Shown here in pieces: positions 24,342-38,543 of a stretch of 64,000 nucleotides of DNA; positions within the stretch are counted from its first letter, which is position 1; every line of letters begins with the position of its first letter. A program made the position numbers and the translations under genes. This DNA comes from Eledone cirrhosa (lineage: Eukaryota): positions 153,698,001 to 153,762,000 of the forward strand of contig OZ024741.1 of the NCBI GenBank assembly GCA_964016885.1. The letters are read 5' to 3'. Under the pieces are notes generated by a model that made no database searches, had not been told where the DNA came from, and worked only from the letters and a program-made list of their open reading frames with translations.

Positions 24342-27300
24342 CTTCAGATGGTCAATCATGGTGAGGTGTCTGCAGTAGGGTGTCACTGTATCACTGTGCT
24401 ACTGTGCCCCTAACCAGCTCCTCCTTACTTCTCTGGCAGTGTCCAGTAAAGTGAGCTTTTCTTTCTCTAATGATGTCTGATATGTTGGACATCTTTCTGT
24501 ATAATTTTTCTTTGGTTGGAACATGTAATCATTTAGAAGTGTCATCTTTTAAGTTCAGGACTTGTGATTCCATTGCTTATACAATGTCACATCAACAAAG
24601 AAAATAAAATGTCAGTTGTAAATTTTCAAACATATACTCAATATACACATGTGGATGTCACACCTTTTCCCAGAAAAATATGTGAAAAATCAGTATGTAA
24701 CTCATCTACTGGGTCAATAAAACTTCTGTTTAAAATATATGGTACAATGTAAATTTGCAGCTACCATTCCACTGGAATTTCCCAGAACTTTTTTACTCAA
24801 TGATCATCATTCATTCATATCACATGTCCATAGCAGTGAAGTCTTCTCTCTTGCACAATATATTTGATTCCTCTTATACACAGTTTTTCTCTCAGCCCAT
24901 CCACACTTTGTTGTTCATGCGTCTTAATATTGCACATCCATTGAAGCATGCTTAATTCATTTCTCTTCAGCCTTTATATATATGCTCTGCATTCACTGCG
25001 TATGTCTCCCTACCATGCAGCATCACACACGACATGGTCTTTCATTCACAGAGAGAAACCTTTTTTTGTCACCAGAAGTAGTAGATTGCTGAACTTTTTC
25101 CAGCCTGTTCTTAGTCTAGCTACTATACAATATTTTATGTTAGGATTTTACTCAGCATATATTTTCCTGTTGACTTTTGTTGCTTTCTGTTGATTTTTGT
25201 TGCATTCTATGGCCTTCTATTGACTTGATTTGTGTTGCCCTTTTCCCTCTGTTGCCTCCTGTTGTCTTCTGTTCACATCTGTTGCCCTCTCTTGTCTTCT
25301 GTTGCATCCATATATACTTAGTCAAGCAAGAACTGCTAGTAGGTTCCTACACTGGTTTATCTTCAAAACAATCAACATCCCATACTTCTCTGATGAATCG
25401 TGAATAAATATTGAGGCATATTTCTTTTTAAAATAATATTTATTTAAGGTCTGTGGAGTTTTGTTATCTTTAGCAAGGGATCTCTTAGTTTGCATAATTG
25501 TTCATTCATAAAACATACATATATATATATCGACACATATACAATTCTTACACAGTCAAGTGCAAATAAGCACACACGCTTAGGAATACATTTACATGTA
25601 CACAAAAAAACAAAAAAAAACAAACACGCAATTCTGTTAGTATACCCTTAAATTCCTTATGTGTGAAAACATCTGTGTATGTATGTATGTATGTCAGTGT
25701 GTGTGCATGTATGTGTGTATGTCAGTGTGTGTATGTATGTGTATGTGTGCATGTATATGTGTATGTCTTGTGTATATGTGCATGTATGTATGTGAGTATG
25801 TTTGTGTGTACATGTATGTATGTGAAAATGTCTATGTTCATATATGTGTATGTCTGTACTGTCCATTGTAAAGTATTTTCTTTGGTAATTGATTTTGTTA
25901 AATTAGAATTAAATAGCTTCGTTGACAGTCACTCTCCAAATATTGTACTTCCCGCTTTTAGCATTAATGCTAATACAGTGCATGTGTGGGGTGTCTCTTA
26001 GTCATTTCCTTCTTTCTTCTTCTTAACCCTCTTCTCCTTCCTTTTCTATTTTCTTTTCTTTTGCTCATCCCATTCCACTTCATCTTTTCTTATCATCTTC
26101 TCTTCTGCTCCTCTCTATCTGCCTTTCTCTCCTCTTTGACTCTCTTTCTCTGTCTCATCTTTTACATCTTTGTTGGTCCAAGATGTTTAATGAGTGAGTT
26201 TAGATATAGGCACCCCCCCCCCCCCCCCCACACGCACACACACACACACACATAAATAAGTTTAGATACACGCAGGCAGCTGTATTTCATAGATAACTAA
26301 TTTTCTAGACCTTTCTCTTCCTTTGTAAAATGTGGAGTGGGGATGACTAGTGGAATGAAGTGGGAAATATTCCTCTTAACAGTCCCTAGTATTGTGTGTT
26401 TTGATGTCCAGTATTGGCTGATAAGATGTGCTGAAGATTGCTGTCTTCTAAAATGATTCAATTTAGGGATAAAAGTCTAACTTCCGTTGCCTAAGATTTT
26501 TGTTTTATATTTTCAATGTTGTGTGAGAAAAAAAATTGTTCTAGTGTTTGTAATTAGTCTCTACATCTTAAAAAATAAATGTAAATATTTTATTTCTAAA
26601 ATATATAATCTTCAATAATCTGACAAGTTACATTTGTTGGCTGTGTCTGTTATAATCTTAAGAAGGGTTGTTGTATGAATGGAATGGTAACTTCTGATGG
26701 TGTTGTAGAGATGCCATAGTGACATATGGCATGTCTTGGGAATTTTAACCCTGGCAGAGTCCGTCCTTCTCCTGGTCTGAACACAGCCAATTATTTCTAG
26801 AGAAGGAGAGAAAGTGATAGAGAGATATAAAGGAAAAAATGACTCTAGTACTGGACTGGTATATTTCTTTCACCTCAAAAGAATGAAAGGTAAAGTTAAC
26901 CTCAGCAGTATTCAAACTCAAGGAGCACAGTGAATGAATATCACAAACCATTCTATCTAATGTTGTAACCAATTTGTCATCAAAAGGGTTGTTGGCTCTG
27001 TTAAAATCATGGCACATGTTGAGCCTTTAGTTATTCTAATGAAAGACATAGTAGGATTTGAACTCAAAACACAGCACTAGAACAACTTACAAAGCTAACT
27101 GAAACAAAGCAAGCAAGATAAAGAACATTAAAAACAACTACAAATTGTTTGCTCTTTCAGAACGTACATTAAGTCTTTTACTATCAACCCACATGTGACC
27201 ACTCATCATTGTATAATACAAGAACCTATTTTAAAATATTCATGTTTAAATTAAAATCTTTAATCATAATTTTGAAGTAGAGCAATTTATGTTATGTTAT

Positions 27301-30254
27301 AAACATCAGTTTAATAACTAAACTAGTTATTTTCCTAAACCTCTCCAGATTCTTTATTTTCAAAATTAATTGAAAGTCATAGGCAATGTATCTCATGCAG
27401 CCACAGAAAACTTGTCAAACAAAGGGTCAGGAGGACACTTCAGTTGTACCATAGACATGACAACCGTCTTAGTGATGGTGATCTACACAATAAATGATCA
27501 ATCAACACATTCTGTTAAGGAATGGAATCCAACTGTAGAAAACCTGCCAAACAATGGGTAGGAGGACTCTTCAGCTGAGCCAAGGTCATGGCAACTTCCC
27601 TAGTGTTGATGCCATGATAAAATGCACCTGGGAGATCAGAGGCTTCACTTGAATATTGACCAATTAGTGACAACATGTCCAACCCTTGCTAGCAGGGAAA
27701 ACAGATGTTAAATGATGATGATGGTGATGATATGGTTATAAAAATGTTAATGCTGTTGCTTGAAGAAGGATAAAATTTATCAGTTGAGCCTATCTGATAG
27801 TTTAAAAACTATTCAAAAGGGTTGAACAATTTTTGCTTTGAATGCTAGCCATAAATAAATGTTTACATATAGTCTTGTGTATCATCTACATAGCTAAAAA
27901 GAGAGATGATGAGTGTGTTGTAATGTGTGTAAATATTTGTTTGCCTGTATCTATGTATATTTAGATGTGTGTGTGTACATGTATGTGTTGGTTCATGTAT
28001 GTGTATGTGATGCATGCGTATGTATGTGTGTTTATTACTTGTACTATTTCTGTTCTCTGTAAATGTGATCTATTCACTCTCAACACCCACACAACTGCCA
28101 CCATACCCATTAGCAAAGTCTAATCACAATGGTTGACGTTTTTTGGGGGGTTTACAAAAAATGTCTTCCGTTGTTTATTCTCGAAGTGTAATCTTTCTTC
28201 TAGCCATCAATCATTTGTATTTTTATGTATTCATGTGATAACCAAATCATATGTTGTATCTAGTGTTGTTATTGATTAGCAGTATGACAGAAATAGTAGT
28301 GTGTCAGTTTAAATGTCTTCCAATATTCACTTATAATTGTCTGTCTTCTCAGTTCAAATCTTATTGCTATTGCATTTGACATCCACCTTGGGGCTAATAA
28401 AATATGTACCAGCTATAAACTGGGATTCATCAACTAATTCTTCATAATTTTTGGGAAGGTTTTTCTAGTTGGAGGCCCTTCCTATAACCAGCCACTTTAC
28501 AATTTGGACTGGATGCATTTTTTAATGTCCCCAGCACCAGAGGTTGTCTGTCATGACTTATGGGTCTTCTCTTTTCTTTATCAGTTTTAATTCAGAGTGA
28601 TTGCTTTCCTAGATAGGTTGTCTTTGCTATGACTTACAGAGCACTACTCCATGTAGTCTTACGTATTCAATGTGACTGCCCTCTAAGATGGGTTGTCTTC
28701 CCTGTGGCTTATGGAGCCCATGCTAATCCATGCTGTCATATTTATTTGGTGTGACTGCTCTCCTAGATAGATTGCCTTTCCCATAGCTTATGGAGTCCAT
28801 GGTAAATTTTAAATCCAATACTTTATGGTCTGTCAAATCCCACAGATGTATATAGATAATGTGCTTGTGTGCAGGCATATCTGTATGGTTAAGAAACTCA
28901 CTTCACAATTATGTGGTCTTAGGTTTAATTCCACTGTATGTTATGAATACTTTTAGAGTAAAATTTAGTAAATGAACATTGTATGGAAAGTCGGTGTGTG
29001 TGTATGGACATTCATATACACACTTACTACTCAGTTATATTATTGAGCTGCTGTATGGAAGGACACCAGTTCAACTATTGAAGTTCTGTGAAGCAAATGA
29101 TACAGTTATCGAGGCCAGAAATATGAGAAAAACCTGTCGGTTAACTAGTTATATGTTATCTGTCCCATGGGATTCAGAAAAATTGACTTTGATATAATCA
29201 GATAGTAAAGACAAACAGTTAGTTAAATCAGTTTTAATTTAGAAATGAGATTTGCTGTAGGTGATCTGCTGTTACTGATGACACAATATAGAAAATAGAG
29301 CTTATGTATTAACCAATCTTCCTTGGATATTTTTGTTGTGAATACTATCAAAATGTTGATATTAGAATTACTACATGAGCAACTGGCTATATCATAGTTA
29401 TCTGAAAAGTGAAACCAATTAGAAACACTTGAAAAATATATCTAAACATGTGTAAAATAGACCTAAATAAGTCCTTACGATATCTATCTCAGGAAATATT
29501 TCCCAACAAGTTATCTTAAATAAGTCCTAGCAACACAACTTATGGCCTTCATTCTTAAAAAGCTTAGCTCATATCAAACCTACCCTGTTAAGGAATGACT
29601 CATATCAGTGTATGAGATGTACTTTATAAAATATCACTGTTAAGAAAAAAATCTTATTAAAAGTAATGAAGTAATTTTCTCTTTTAATTTGCTTGTAGTG
29701 TCAATCAGATAACAGCCTGTTGTTTTATATTGGGAATATACACTGAAGGATTGGATAACTTCTCTAGCGCAGGATAACATGCATCCAGTACATTCTGTAA
29801 AGTTACATTTGCATGGTTTAAACAACCTCTAGTGCTGTTGGCATAATAAAATGCTTCCAGTACATTCTGTAATGATACACTTGCATGAAACGGACAACTC
29901 TTCTAGTGCTGATGGCATGATAAAATGCACTTAGTACATTCTGTAAAGTGGTTAGAGAAAGACAAGCCATAGAAAACATGTCAAATATGAAACATGAGTA
30001 TGACAGGGACACCACAATCCACATCACAGCCTACCTATGAAGGAGGGTAGTAACTCTGAATAAGAGATATAGTTTAGAGGGGGAGGGGGATTCTTGAGTT
30101 CTTCTCCCATATGACTGTTTCAGTTGTGCCATGTGGCACATTAAAATGCACACTATAAGACACACAAGACCAAAGTTGAATGGCCTTTTGTTTTGATGTG
30201 GGTGGAGGGATTTTTAAGATGATGCACATTGTAATGATGTAAATCAGGTGTTAA

Positions 30255-30610
30255 TTAATGATGATGATGGTGATGTAGGGGGTAATGATGGTGGTGAAGG
30301 CGGTGATCATGATAGAGATTTTGATGAGGGTGAGAATGGTAATGATTATGGTGGTGGTAAGGTGGTGGTGTGGGTTGTGGAGGCGATGATGCTAATGGTG
30401 GCAGTGGTGGTGGAGGTGGTGATGACAGTGATGATGATAATTGTGATGATGGTGGGGGTGGTGATGATGATGGTGGTGAGGATGTTGATGGTGGTGAGGA
30501 TGGTGATAGAGATGATGATGATGGTGAGAATGGTGATGATGATGATGGTGGTGAAGAGGACAATGGTAACGGAGGCAGTGAAATTACTGAGTACAACGAT
30601 GATGACAAAA
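30255..30610. repeat. (GAT/GGT)n low-complexity trinucleotide tract
   Basis: Mixed GAT/GGT repeats, open in several frames. Confidence 0.85.
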
Positions 30611-30960
30611 ATAAAAATGATCACAAGATTGCTAAAGAATTTTAAAACAAAACAAAGCAGACATTAAAACAAAACAAAACAAACAAAAATTATGAATGAA
30701 AACGCAGTGTTTTATGGTAGAATCTAATTCTTGGGAAACAAATTTAAAAAGTTTATAATTAGAGAGAATTTTGGTAGTTATATATTCCATTGACAGAAAA
30801 AGAAACCAAAATATCTTTATGTAAAACATTCCATTAATAAAAGGTGTATACAGTTTCTAAAGAGTATGTTACTATAATTAATTCTACATAGGATTTTATG
30901 TGTAAATCCTGATGGAGTTATTTGGGGTGCCATAGTGACATAAAGTGTGTCTTGGGCATT

Positions 30961-31178
30961 TTAACCCTTTAGTGTTCAAACCGGCCAGAATTCTCTACCT
31001 CTTTCTGTTGAAACTGGCTGTAACTGGTCGCTCAAACTGATGTTAAGGTATTGTTTTCAAAATAAATACTTTCAAAATCTCATAGATTCGATATTATGTG
31101 AGGTAATTATGTGAGGTAAAGCCTTTACCATTAAAATATAATAGTATATATAAAATAATGTGAATGCTAAAGGGTTAA
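30961..31178. mobile_element. piggyBac-like MITE
   Basis: TTAA-CCCTTTAGTGTTCA ... TGAATGCTAAAGGG-TTAA (TTAA TSD, CCC/GGG termini). Confidence 0.75.
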
Positions 31179-32186
31179 ACTTAGTACAGCCAATCATTTT
31201 CCAAGTCTGAAAACAGCCAATTTCTTTCAGAGAAGAAGAGAATCATAGACAGGAAGGAAGAATTGATCCCAGTACTGGACTGGTACTTTTTTTATCGACT
31301 TTGAAAAGATAAAAGACAAAGTTTACCATGGCAGAATTTGAACTCAGAGATCTGGAATGAATACTGTTAAGCATTCTCTCCAATGTTCTAACAACTCTGT
31401 CAATTCACTGCATTGAGCTGGCATAGCCATGAGGTTAAGGTGTCTGGTTCACAACCACATGGTAGCCTCAGGTTGACTAATGTTTTGTGAATGAAATTTA
31501 GTAGACGGAAACTGTGCTGAAACCTGTTGACTACCTGTGTTTCCATGTCTGGGTTTATGCCTACATCACTTAACAACCATGTTGTTTGTTTATATCTTAT
31601 AACTTATCAGTTTGACAAATAGAGATTGATGAAATAAGTACCAGACTTATAAAAAAAAAGATAAGTATTAGAGTCAGTATGATCATCTTGCCCTCTTCAA
31701 GGCTGTGCTTCAGCATCGCTGCTATCCATTGACTGAAACCAGTAAAACAGTGTAATATACTCTCATACACACTTGTGAAACATTGTACCCATGTAATTGA
31801 ATGCAATCATTAGGTCCCGGGTTTGATACCACTGCAAGTGTCATTTACCATAGGTTTGGGTCGATCCATGTCTTGTCGATCCAATGGATGGACTGTACCT
31901 GTAATTCAAAAAAATCTCCCTGCGAATTACATTAAGTATACACATCTGTAGAATGTTTAGCCACTTACAAGTTAACCACTTACACATTAATTTCATGGGT
32001 AAGCTCTCCAAACATCCTTGAAACTGATGGAGGTCCATTGATGTTGATCAATTTCTCTATAATTACCATATTCTAGAATGGGTACTTAATAATTACTGTA
32101 ATTTATCATAGAAATATGAAAGCCTTAGACAACGCTTTGTCATGGGTTGGAATAATATTACAATAAGTCAGTTGAAATATATAATA

Positions 32187-33094
32187 CTAGCAGTGGTACC
32201 CGGCGTTGCACGGGATAAGGTATTTTGGAACGCGGGCCGCCAACAGACCTAATCGTGGAAAAACTGCATGCCTGGACAATATGTAAAGAAAATAAACCGA
32301 ATACTCTGATGGCTGGATAATCTTTAAGATTTTCCTCGATGAAGCAGGAAAAATGCAGGTTTTCATATAATGGGGATCAAGACAATAAATTATTTTTATG
32401 TGCATAATATGCCTTGAAATTTCTGGAAAATCGGCTAGACGTAACGCCTCCAAAAAGCCCTAAAAAGCTGAAAAAATGAAGTTTTTCACCTAATGCGAGC
32501 CCTAGGCCATAAAAAAGTTGGATTTTCTTTGCTCACCGTATGAAGAAGAGACTGACTAATACATAGTTACAATTTCAAGGAAATCGGTCTGACGTAACGC
32601 CTCTAAAAACCCCTAAAAAGCTAAAAAAAACGCAGTTTTTCACCTAATGCGGCCCCAACAGATAAAAAAGTTGAATTTTTTATGTGCATAACATAAGTAA
32701 TACACATGTAAAGTTTGAAAAAAATTGGTTGGGTACTTCTCGAGTTTTAGGGATTCAAACTCACAGACACACACACACACACACACAGACATCCTCAGGG
32801 AAGTGACGTAATGCAGACAGCCAGACATACAGACAGATATTATAAGGGCGCGACGTTATATGTATGTATGTATCTAAAAAGAGAAAGACTAAGAATTATA
32901 GAGAGAGATCGCTAAATCACCTAATGCGGTCCCTAGGGCATTGAAAATTTGAAATTTTTTTTGCTCAGAACACTTCCAAACATAAGTATTACATGTGTAA
33001 AGTTTGAAAACAGTCGGTTGGGTGGTTCTCGAGTTTTAGGGATTCAAACTCACACACACACAGACAGACATGCTCAGTTTTATATATATATAGA
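32187..33094 (-). mobile_element. Complete non-autonomous Helitron
   Basis: Minus strand A|TCTATATATATATAAAACTGAG ... CCCGTGCAACGCCGGG (hairpin) TACCACTG-CTAG|T: 5' TC, 3' hairpin plus CTAG, A|T target, no TSD. Internal tandem duplications. Confidence 0.88.
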
Positions 33095-33391
33095 TTTTGT
33101 AAATTGATTTCAATAAGCAAGTCACTGAGGTGTAAACTGTTTTCACTAAGCTAGTATGTTGAGTATGATGTATATGGGAAAAAGAGCATGTGTAAATATT
33201 TATTAAGAGCTATGTCGCCATATTTATGGTTGTTGTTACTTAGTAGGAGGTGTGGTTTGATGCGTAAAATCTGTATTATTACTGTAATTTATTGGGTTTT
33301 TTTTTAATCTTAGTGTGAATTTCAGTCCCTCAACAGTAATATCCATGTCGGGCCATAAAATATGGTTTAAAACATTTGCCTTTTACACAAT

Positions 33392-33441
<50 letters not shown>

Positions 33442-33564
33442 CCACTTTCATCCCAGCCCCCAGACAATACTATAAAGTGGTTGTTTTGGTGCTTTGACAA
33501 AAAATGCTCAGTCCACATTGTAAATTGATTGTGTTGGTATCACGGCAATAACACGCCCAGTCCA

Positions 33565-33647
33565 CACTGTAATACATATTTATCTGGTGTTCATGATTAT
33601 GCAATGCAGTTATCACAAAACCACCAATTCAACTTCATCAGACAGCA
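33565..33647 (-). ncRNA. Degenerate type I hammerhead ribozyme
   Basis: Minus TGCTGT-CTGATGA-(hairpin TGGTG..CACCA)-TAAA-TATGTA-TT-ACAGTG. The GAAA box is mutated. Confidence 0.45.
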
Positions 33648-33789
33648 TCTTGAGTAATAAGGTTGTTATGTAACATTCCTATTTCAATATGGGCTATTGA
33701 TAAGGAGATGGTCAGAGACCATGTTTTTTTTCTGCATTCCATCCTCCTATGTATACTATGTGTATGTATATATATATATCTCTATATAT

Positions 33790-34324
33790 ATGTAAGTATG
33801 TATGTATACGTACATACATATATGTATACAGACGTACAGTAGCATGCATATATATATATATATATATACAGGTACACATATATATATGTACGTATCAGTT
33901 TAGTGGACGTTTATTATAACGCTCAGCCGTTAACTGCTCAGACGTTAATTTTCATAAGGAAAGTATATACTTTCGAACGTTCAACCATCTGGCAGAAGGG
34001 TATACGGTGCTGATGATAGCTAAGAAGCTTGAAACTAGTACATCGTTCCTGTGTCAGTGTTGAACAAAAAGGTGATGTGGTTGCCTTAACACCGTACGGC
34101 ATAAATCAGGCTGTCCGTTTGTTTACAAACGGACAAAGCGGGCGTTATAATAAACGTCCGCTAAACTGATACATACATATATATATGTGTACCTGTATGT
34201 ATATATATATATATATATATGCATGCTACTGTACGTCTGTATACATATATGTATGTACGTATACATACATACTTACATTTAAGTAAGTGCCGTACTAAGA
34301 GTGAGAAATGAAATTTCGTTTCAT
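33790..34324 (+). mobile_element. Fold-back HHR element, family B copy 1
   Basis: Arms 33790-33922 / 34142-34278, HHR in the spacer, tail ending GAAATGAAATTTCGTTT. Homologous to 59332-59964. Confidence 0.85.
34004..34046 (+). ncRNA. Minimal type I hammerhead ribozyme
   Basis: ACGGTG-CTGATGA-TAGC(taagaa)GCTT-GAAA-CTAG-TA-CATCGT; palindromic stem III ACTAGT, GUA triplet. Confidence 0.85.
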
Positions 34325-34479
34325 CCTATTACAACTTATCTATATATATTTATGTATATAATTGCAATGAATTTGTTTTGCAAGATTTTATTATATATTT
34401 CTGGCAATATTATAACAACATGACCAACTTGCATACTCGTCCCCTCTCCCAACTCTTACCTTCCTTTCCCCTGATATAC

Positions 34480-35300
34480 TCCTTTTGTCCAACCCATGCA
34501 TACAAGCATTGAAAGCTGGACATGCTCCACATTTGCTCCCTCTTGATGCTGCTGCCACAATGAAGAATCACTATGTTTGCCCTGTATGGGGATCTGGTGC
34601 CACAACAAAAGCACCCAGTCCACCCTGTAAGGTAGTTATGCTGATGACTTGATGAATAAGCACTGAGTCGACTCTGCAAGGTGGTTGTGCTGGTGAACAA
34701 TGAAAAAATATCCAGTCATCACTGTAATGCGGTTGGTGTTAGGAAAGGCATCCAGCCATAGAAACCAAGCCAAAATACATCCATGTAAGTAAGACATGGT
34801 AACCTGACCTGACTTGTTTCATAATATGACAACCCATCTAATCCATGCAAGCGTGGAAAAATGGACGTTAAACCTTGATGATGATGATGATATATATATA
34901 TATATACAGTCCACCCTGTAAAGTGGTTGTGTTGGTGACATGTCAGAAAGCACCCAGTCCATGTTATAAATGCAGTTGGCGTTAGGAAGGGCATCCAGCC
35001 ATAGAAACCAAGCCAGAAACAGTTCTGTATACAGTCCCCCCTGTAAAGGGGTCGTGTTTGTCACACAACAAAAAGCAGACAATTTGCCCTTTAAGTTGTC
35101 ATGTTGGTGACATGATAAAAATGTTCAGTTTACACTGTCATGTGGTTGGTATTAGGAAGCACATCCAGCCGTAGAAACCAAAGCAGAAACAGTTCAGTAA
35201 GAGCAAGACACAGTCATCTGATCTGACTTGTCCCATAATGGGATAACTTGTCTAACCCATGCTAGTGTGGAAAGATGGACGTTAAACAGTGAGGATGATG
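34480..35300 (+). mobile_element. Array of RTE 3'-UTR-derived modules (SINE-like)
   Basis: Repeated AAAAGCACCCAGTCCACCCTGTAA(A/G)GTGGT units, TTAGGAAGGGCATCCAGC, and two (GAT)n tails. Related copy at 60220-60720(-). Confidence 0.7.
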
Positions 35301-35352
<52 letters not shown>

Positions 35353-35494
35353 TACTCATTTAAAAACAAATTCCACTCCAGGTATCCTTATATTTTATAA
35401 AGAGATGTTCTTATATTCAATAGGAGTATCTCCCCTCCCCACCAACAAAACAAAAACAAAGCAACACAAAACAAAACTCACTTGAAAATAGTTT

Positions 35495-35830
35495 GGAGGC
35501 ACATGGCTTAGTGGTTAGAGCATTGGCCTTGCAATCGAAAGGTTGTGAGTTCAATTCTCAGACCGGGTGATGTGTTGTTTCCTTGAGCAAGACACTTTAT
35601 TTCAAATTGCTCCAGTTTACTCAGCTGTAGAAATGAGACGATAGGGACTGGGTCTCTATCATTCCACTGCAAAGTGGTCGTGCAGGTGCCATGGTAAAAA
35701 AGCACCCAGCACTCACTGTAAATGAGGTTGGTGTTAGGAAGGGCATCCAGCTGTAGAAATCAAGTCAGAATCAGTTCCCGTCCCACCCTTGCAAGCAGGG
35801 AAAAGCGGACGTAAAATAATGATGATGATG
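35495..35830 (+). mobile_element. tRNA-derived SINE family C (CORE-like middle, RTE-like tail)
   Basis: GGAGGCACATGGCTTAGTGGTTAGAGC (A-box), GAGTTCAATTCTC (B-box), TTCCTTGAGCAAGACACTT, GTTGGTGTTAGGAAGGGCATCCAGC, (GAT)n. Confidence 0.88.
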
Positions 35831-36845
35831 TATAAATATCACTTAAAATAGCCAAATAATCAACAGTTGTAGATAAAAGATACCATTTGTATATAAAGAA
35901 TGCATTAATCTGTCATTGAAAGTGATTGTTTATGTTAATGTTTTATAGCCATGATATGGTTCATGGTTGAAGTTGTTTAAAATAGTTAACATTCATATAT
36001 CTGCACAGAATAAAATAAACTTTCTTGAAAAATAAAGATGCCTGAAGTAGTGTGTAGTAAGTACATCACTATGTACGTATAGACATATAACTTCTGAGTC
36101 GTAGGAGCACCATTGTAACATACAGCATCCCTTGGGCATTTTAAACCTGGCAGAGTCTATCCCCCCTCCATGTTGGAACACGGCCAATTTCATCCAGAAA
36201 AGGAGTGTGTGTGTGTGAGAGAATTGATCTTGGTACTGGACTGGTTATTTATTGACCTCAAAAGGATGAAAGGCAAATACCTCAGCAGGATTTGAACTCA
36301 AAGAATTCAGTGAACTGGAAGAAATACTACCAACTCTGCCAATTTGCCACCACAAGTACATTACTATAAATTTATTAAAAATATTAACACATTAGTCTAC
36401 TTGTTTGCTTGGAATAATTGTAAGGTATCTTATATAAATATTTTAATTGTTGTTTCTGCTTACAGTAGAGTTCTAAATATCATGAATATATTCCCTTCAT
36501 TTACTCCTGTTTGATGTAATTGCATTGAGTTCTGTCCATGATTGACATTGGGATCATTTTAGGATCTGGTCTCTCCTTCTACCATTGAGATGTCCTTGGT
36601 TTCTCTTTCCAGATATCCTACCCTCCTGATAGATTTTAGAGCAACCACAAGTTGAGCCTTTGATGTGGCTATACTGTTTAAGGTATAAGTTGCACCTTTT
36701 CCATGAAAAGATGATGTGAAAAAGCAGCATGCAACTTACTGGGAAAAATCTACTTATCACAGAGAAAAATGTCACTTTTGATTATGAAAAATGGTTTAAA
36801 CCACAATTGAAGAGTTTTCAGTGATTTGTTATATATATATATATA

Positions 36846-37186
36846 TCATCATCATCATCATCATTTTACGTCCGCTTTTCTCTGCTTGCAAAGGAGGGAC
36901 GGGAACTGATTCTGGCTTGATTTCTACAGCTGGATGCCCTTCCTAACACCAACCTCATTTACAGTGAGTGGTGAGTGCTTTTTTGCCGTGGCACCTCCAC
37001 GACCACTTTACAGTGGAATGATAGGGACCCCAGTCCCTATCATCTCATTTCTACAGCTGAGTAAACTGGAGCAATGTGAAATAAAGTGTCTTGCTCAAGG
37101 AAACAACACATCACCCGGGCTGAGAATTGAACCCACAATCTTTCGATTGCAAGGCCAATGCTCTAACCACTAAGCCATATGCCTCC
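36846..37186 (-). mobile_element. SINE family C copy
   Basis: Reverse complement of 35495-35830. Confidence 0.88.
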
Positions 37187-37317
<131 letters not shown>

Positions 37318-37320
37318 TAT

Positions 37321-38220
37321 ATATAAATGAGAGGTATAGAGATTGTTTTAGCAAGAAGCTAACGGCATTCTATAACATATAAGCGACTATAACGTCAAGA
37401 TGGGAAAAGTAGTTAACGAAAGATTTAGGAAAAATAACTCAAACTCATCCCAAAAGAGAATCAGGATATAAATTCATCCACAGAATTTAGTAAAATCCAG
37501 GGAAAAATCTATAGACCTTTAACTCATGATAAAATAAAGTTTGAAACACTTATCCTTCAATTTGGAATAACATCAAATGCTCTGTATAGTCTTAAAAGAC
37601 TATTTCATGAAAACTTTCAGTGGAGATGGTCACGGTTGGAATTTCATTCATCAGCAGAGCTCAACAGAAAACCAGGGCTCTCACAGTAATATAATCCGAA
37701 AAAGGGAATTCTAAAACTGGCTAGTTCGCCTTCATGTGTATTTATGAAAAAGCACATGAGGAAAAGACGGGGCTAGTGACGTCAGGATGGAAGTGAATGT
37801 TTATTTACAAGAAATAGCAGTCAAATACATTCTGAAAAAACTCTACAAAGGAGTTCAGCAAAATAGCAATAATTATCACAGTTTTTATGAAAAAAACCGG
37901 GATTAGTCACAGATAGTTTAAGCACTCTAGGAAAAGAATCCGAGTATAAATATAAATGAGAGGTATAGAGATTGTTTTAGCAAGAAGCTAACGGCATTCT
38001 ATAACATATAAGCGACTATAACGTCAAGATGGGAAAAGTAGTTAACGAAAGATTTAGGAAAAATGACTCAAACTCATCCCAAAAGAGAATCAGGATATAA
38101 ATTCATCCACAGAATTTAGTAAAATCCAGGGAAAAATCTATAGACCTTTAACTCATGATAAAATAAAGTTTGAAACACTTATCCTTCAATTTGGAATAAC
38201 ATCAAATGCTCTGTATAGTC
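37321..38220 (-). mobile_element. 629-nt non-coding HHR tandem element (1.4 copies; retrozyme-like)
   Basis: 37321-37591 is repeated almost exactly at 37950-38220 (period 629). One HHR per unit; flanked by (CA/TA)n microsatellites. Confidence 0.8.
37579..37660 (-). ncRNA. Type I hammerhead ribozyme
   Basis: Minus GCTCTG-CTGATGA-ATGAAA...TTTCAT-GAAA-TAGTCT(ttta)AGACTA-TA-CAGAGC. All three stems and the core are intact; AUA triplet. Confidence 0.9.
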
Positions 38221-38312
38221 ATATATATATATATACACACATATATATATATATACACATATATATATATATACACATATATATATATATACACACATAT
38301 ATATATATATAT

Positions 38313-38355
<43 letters not shown>

Positions 38356-38543
38356 TATATATATATATATACACATATATATATATATATACACACATAT
38401 ATATATATATATATAATGTAGGAGGTGAGTTTTATTGTAGTACAATAAAGCAATGCAGATATCGGATAAGAAGCACTCTACAGTTTGTAGGACTGGAGTA
38501 TACATAATATATAAGATCAAAAGATGGTTAAATGAGTTCCATG

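Noticed and set aside
28979-29197. Non-repetitive short ORFs (also 17433-, 36554-, 45267-, 45521+)
   Set aside because: No recognisable motifs and no convincing paired splice sites.
30248-30667. Four overlapping ORFs (Asp/Gly-, Met/Val-, Ser/Pro/His-rich)
   Set aside because: A GAT/GGT trinucleotide tract is open in many frames; no splice or homology support.
35495-35570. tRNA-like sequence with A and B boxes
   Set aside because: Head of a multi-copy SINE continuing into CORE-like and RTE-like tail; not a tRNA gene.
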